Source: Actinomycetes bacterium
Lineage (GTDB): Bacteria > Actinomycetota > Humimicrobiia > Humimicrobiales > Humimicrobiaceae
DNA length: 64,000 nucleotides
Reading direction: 5' to 3'
Assembly: GCA_022396035.1 (NCBI GenBank)
Contig: JAIOXO010000007.1
Span: 2,473-66,472, forward strand
This document shows positions 61,192 to 64,000 of this stretch, piece after piece; position 1 is the first letter of the stretch; every line of letters starts with the position of its first letter. The translations under genes were made by a program, and so were the position numbers. A model generated the notes under the pieces. The model had not been told where the DNA came from, searched no databases, and saw nothing but the letters and a program-made list of their open reading frames with translations.

Positions 61192-62040
61192 ATGAATGGT
61201 ACTGCTATAGTAACTGATAGCACTGCTGATATACCAGGCGAACTTCTTGAAAAATACAATATACATTTAGTACCGTTATCGGTTATTTTCGGTAATCAGA
61301 GCTTCAGGGAGGACGGCAAGGAGATAACCGCTGCCCAGTTTTACCAGAAGCTCCAGGAATCCCGCGCTCTCCCCAAATCGGCCCAGCCTTCACCCGGAGA
61401 TTTTTTTGAAACCTATTCCCGGCTGTTTAAAACTTATGACAATGTCATATCCATTCATATCTCCAAGAAGATGTCTGGGACTATTGATTCCGCAGTTATG
61501 GCCAAAAAAAAGATAGCCGATAAAAATATAGAAATAATAGACTCGGAACTGGTACATATGCCCCTTGGTTTCCTGGTTTTAAATGCTGCCCAGATGGCTC
61601 AGCAGGGAAAGAGCGTTGATCAAATTGTGGAAGGAACAAATAATCTAAAATCCAAGATGCACTCCCTGTTCATACCTAACACTCTTGAATACCTGCAGAA
61701 GGGAGGAAGGATAGGCAGGGCCCGGTCACTTATAGCTTCAGTTCTGGAAATAAAGCCCATACTAACCTTAAAGTTTGGGGAAGTTTCCCAGTTTAAAACT
61801 ACCAGGAGATGGAGGCAGGCCAAGAATGAACTGGTTAAGTCCATGGCCGCCATGGTTGACGATCCCGGAAGATTAATAGTGTCAGTTGCGGATTCAGATA
61901 CCTGGTCAGAAGGTGAAGAGATGAAGCAAAAGATTGAGGAAACCTTCCATCCCAAACAGATAATAAGGGTAAGTTTCGGTTGTGTTCTGGGTACGCATCT
62001 GGGTCCCGGAGCACTGGGTATAACTTTTTATGAAGATTAA
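61192..62040 (+). CDS. DegV/FakB fatty-acid-binding protein
   Basis: IVTDSTAD, SAQPS, IS..MSGT, L.KGGRIG, IKPIL, HLGPG. Confidence 0.94.
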   Translation: MNGTAIVTDSTADIPGELLEKYNIHLVPLSVIFGNQSFREDGKEITAAQFYQKLQESRALPKSAQPSPGDFFETYSRLFKTYDNVISIHISKKMSGTIDSAVMAKKKIADKNIEIIDSELVHMPLGFLVLNAAQMAQQGKSVDQIVEGTNNLKSKMHSLFIPNTLEYLQKGGRIGRARSLIASVLEIKPILTLKFGEVSQFKTTRRWRQAKNELVKSMAAMVDDPGRLIVSVADSDTWSEGEEMKQKIEETFHPKQIIRVSFGCVLGTHLGPGALGITFYED

Positions 62041-62073
62041 TTTACTAAATATAAACATAAACAAGGAGGAAAG

Positions 62074-62931
62074 ATGTCAAAGATAGCCATAGTTACTGAC
62101 AGTACTTCAGATATTCCTATAGATCTGGTAAAAAAATATGAGATAACCGTAGTGCCTTTATCGGTAGTATTCAGCAGCGAGGAAACCTATGTAGACAACG
62201 GGGAAGATATAACCATAAAACAGTTTTATGAAAAATTAAAAACCGTTAAGAAACTCCCTACCTCTGCCCAGCCTACCCCCAATGATTTTTTAGAAACATA
62301 TAAAAATCTTCTAAATGAGGGGTATGAGACCATAATTTCTATCCATATAAGTCAGAAAATGTCAGGTACCCTGGCTTCTGCCCTGGCAGCTAAAAAACAA
62401 CTGCCCGACCAAGATATAGAAGTAATTGATTCCTATAATGTACATATGCCCTGCGGCATAATTGCAGTAAAAGCAGCCCAGATGGCCCAGCAGGATAAAA
62501 GCAAAGAAGAAATAATGGATGTAATCTATGATATAAGGAAAAAGGTAAGGACTCTATTTGTTCCCAAAACCCTTGAATATCTGCAAAAGGGAGGAAGGAT
62601 TGGAAAGGCTAAAGGTCTGGTTGCTTCCCTGCTGGAAATTAAGCCCATACTCACTATTGAGTCGGGGGAAATTTCACAGTTTAAGACTACCCGTAGATGG
62701 AATCAGGCAAAAGCTGAGTTAATCAACTCCATGGGAAAAATGGTATCCAAACCAGATAAGCTGGTGGTAATAGTATCTGATTCCGACAACAAGGAAGAAG
62801 GGGACATGCTGGAGGAAACCATTAAAAAAGAATTTAATCCCAGGGAAATTATAAGGGCAGACATTGGTGTAATAGTAGGCGCCCATGTAGGACCTGGAAC
62901 TATAAATGCTACCTTTTATGAAGAAGATTGA
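62074..62931 (+). CDS. DegV/FakB fatty-acid-binding protein (tandem paralog)
   Basis: Same motifs as the upstream gene. Confidence 0.94.
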   Translation: MSKIAIVTDSTSDIPIDLVKKYEITVVPLSVVFSSEETYVDNGEDITIKQFYEKLKTVKKLPTSAQPTPNDFLETYKNLLNEGYETIISIHISQKMSGTLASALAAKKQLPDQDIEVIDSYNVHMPCGIIAVKAAQMAQQDKSKEEIMDVIYDIRKKVRTLFVPKTLEYLQKGGRIGKAKGLVASLLEIKPILTIESGEISQFKTTRRWNQAKAELINSMGKMVSKPDKLVVIVSDSDNKEEGDMLEETIKKEFNPREIIRADIGVIVGAHVGPGTINATFYEED

Positions 62932-63500
62932 TAAATAAATCAAAAATTCGCCAACAGATACAGGAAAAAAGAGATAAACTGGATAAAGAGAAACGGCTTT
63001 CTAAAAGCAGGATTATAGCTGATAAGTTTCTGGCCTCCAGTTTTTATATCAACTCTAAAGTTATAATGGCTTACTGGCCTTTTAGAAGCGAAATAGATAC
63101 CACTCTGATTATCAGCCGGGCGATAACTGATAGAAAAATGGTTACCCTCCCCAGGGTTTGCCACCATAAGCTTGCCCTGTATTATGTACAGAACCCGGCA
63201 CTGGAATTAGGATGCGGGGCATATGGTATAATGGAGCCAATCGAAGAAAAGTGCAGGGCCGCTAACCCAAGGGATATTGATATGGTAATAGTACCGGGGG
63301 TTGCATTTGATCTTGAATTAAACCGTCTGGGTTATGGCGGGGGCTATTACGATAAGCTTCTGGCAACTTTAGGTAAAAGAGTTAAAAAAATAGCCCTGTG
63401 TTTTGATATACAGATAATCAGCCGGGTACCTGCAGAAGAACATGATGTTAAGGTAGATGGTTTAATAACTGAGTCTAGGGAGATATTTTGCCCCAGGTAG
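62928..63500 (+). CDS. 5-formyltetrahydrofolate cyclo-ligase
   Basis: K..IR, E.DT, YGI.EP, VPG.AFD...RLGYGGGYYD, HD. Confidence 0.94.
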   Translation: MINKSKIRQQIQEKRDKLDKEKRLSKSRIIADKFLASSFYINSKVIMAYWPFRSEIDTTLIISRAITDRKMVTLPRVCHHKLALYYVQNPALELGCGAYGIMEPIEEKCRAANPRDIDMVIVPGVAFDLELNRLGYGGGYYDKLLATLGKRVKKIALCFDIQIISRVPAEEHDVKVDGLITESREIFCPR

Positions 63501-64000
63501 TAAAAGATATTGCATTACTGATACCTGCTTATAATGAGCAGAAGTATATTGCAGAAGTTATAAAAAACTGCGCCCGCTACGATATGGATATAATAATAGT
63601 AGATGATGGCTCCATCGATAATACAGTTAAGGTAATAGAGGGTTGTGAAGAAATAAAGACAGGACAGGTCACCCTTCTAAAACATACTAAAAACCTGGGC
63701 AAAGGCAAATCTCTTTTAACCGGATTTAATCATATCATATCCCGCAACTATCGGGGAGTAATAACCCTGGATGCCGACGGGCAGCATGATGTAGCAGAAA
63801 TCCACAATTTCCTGGAAAGAATAGAAAGGGACAATCCGGATATTATAGTAGGCAATCGCCTGGGCCAAACTCATAATATGCCTTTTATAAGGCTGGCTAC
63901 CAATGTATTTACCTCCTGGCTGATATCCTTAATTGCCGGCAGAAAAATCAGGGACGTACAGTGCGGCTACCGTTATATAAATTGTAGGGTGTTAAGAAAA
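63488..64000 (+). CDS. GT2 glycosyltransferase (DPM-synthase-like), truncated by window end
   Basis: Manual translation: IPAYNE, VDDGSID, NLGKG, LDADGQH, DVQCGYR. Confidence 0.9.
   Translation, partial: MPQVVKDIALLIPAYNEQKYIAEVIKNCARYDMDIIIVDDGSIDNTVKVIEGCEEIKTGQVTLLKHTKNLGKGKSLLTGFNHIISRNYRGVITLDADGQHDVAEIHNFLERIERDNPDIIVGNRLGQTHNMPFIRLATNVFTSWLISLIAGRKIRDVQCGYRYINCRVLRK

Noticed and set aside
1-64000. CRISPR array, IS element, prophage or defence island
   Set aside because: No regularly spaced repeats, transposase, integrase, phage structural or recognisable defence genes were seen; the intergenic gaps are short.

Overview
A 64-kb, AT-rich (roughly 40% GC by eye) core-genome window from a probably anaerobic bacterium with a Gram-positive-type gene set. 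AdnAB-like helicase-nucleases, AmaP, DegV and ilvBN...serA...leuB linkage suggest a deep-branching Actinomycetota-like lineage, but this is inference only. The window holds the pfkA 5' end, a hisZGBHAF(IE) operon, dnaE, an orphan PilB/GspE ATPase, larB, a membrane pyrophosphatase, a large ilv/ser/leu/cimA cluster, bacillithiol genes bshC-bshB1-bshA, an IscU-like::MnmA fusion, split LigD modules, ilvE, adnAB, tRNA-Gly(CCC) and lipid/nucleoside genes. I found no mobile element, prophage or CRISPR array. Three signals stand out. (1) An opine dehydrogenase is paired with a single-chain glutamate-mutase-like B12 protein whose substrate-binding residues appear changed. (2) An unannotated ~170-nt structured RNA upstream of ilvE has its own consensus promoter, repeated AGUA/GAA loop-E-like motifs and a terminator. 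(3) An unannotated Leu/Ile/Val-rich leader-peptide attenuator lies upstream of ilvD. All homology calls come from recognising motifs by eye; no database searches were run.
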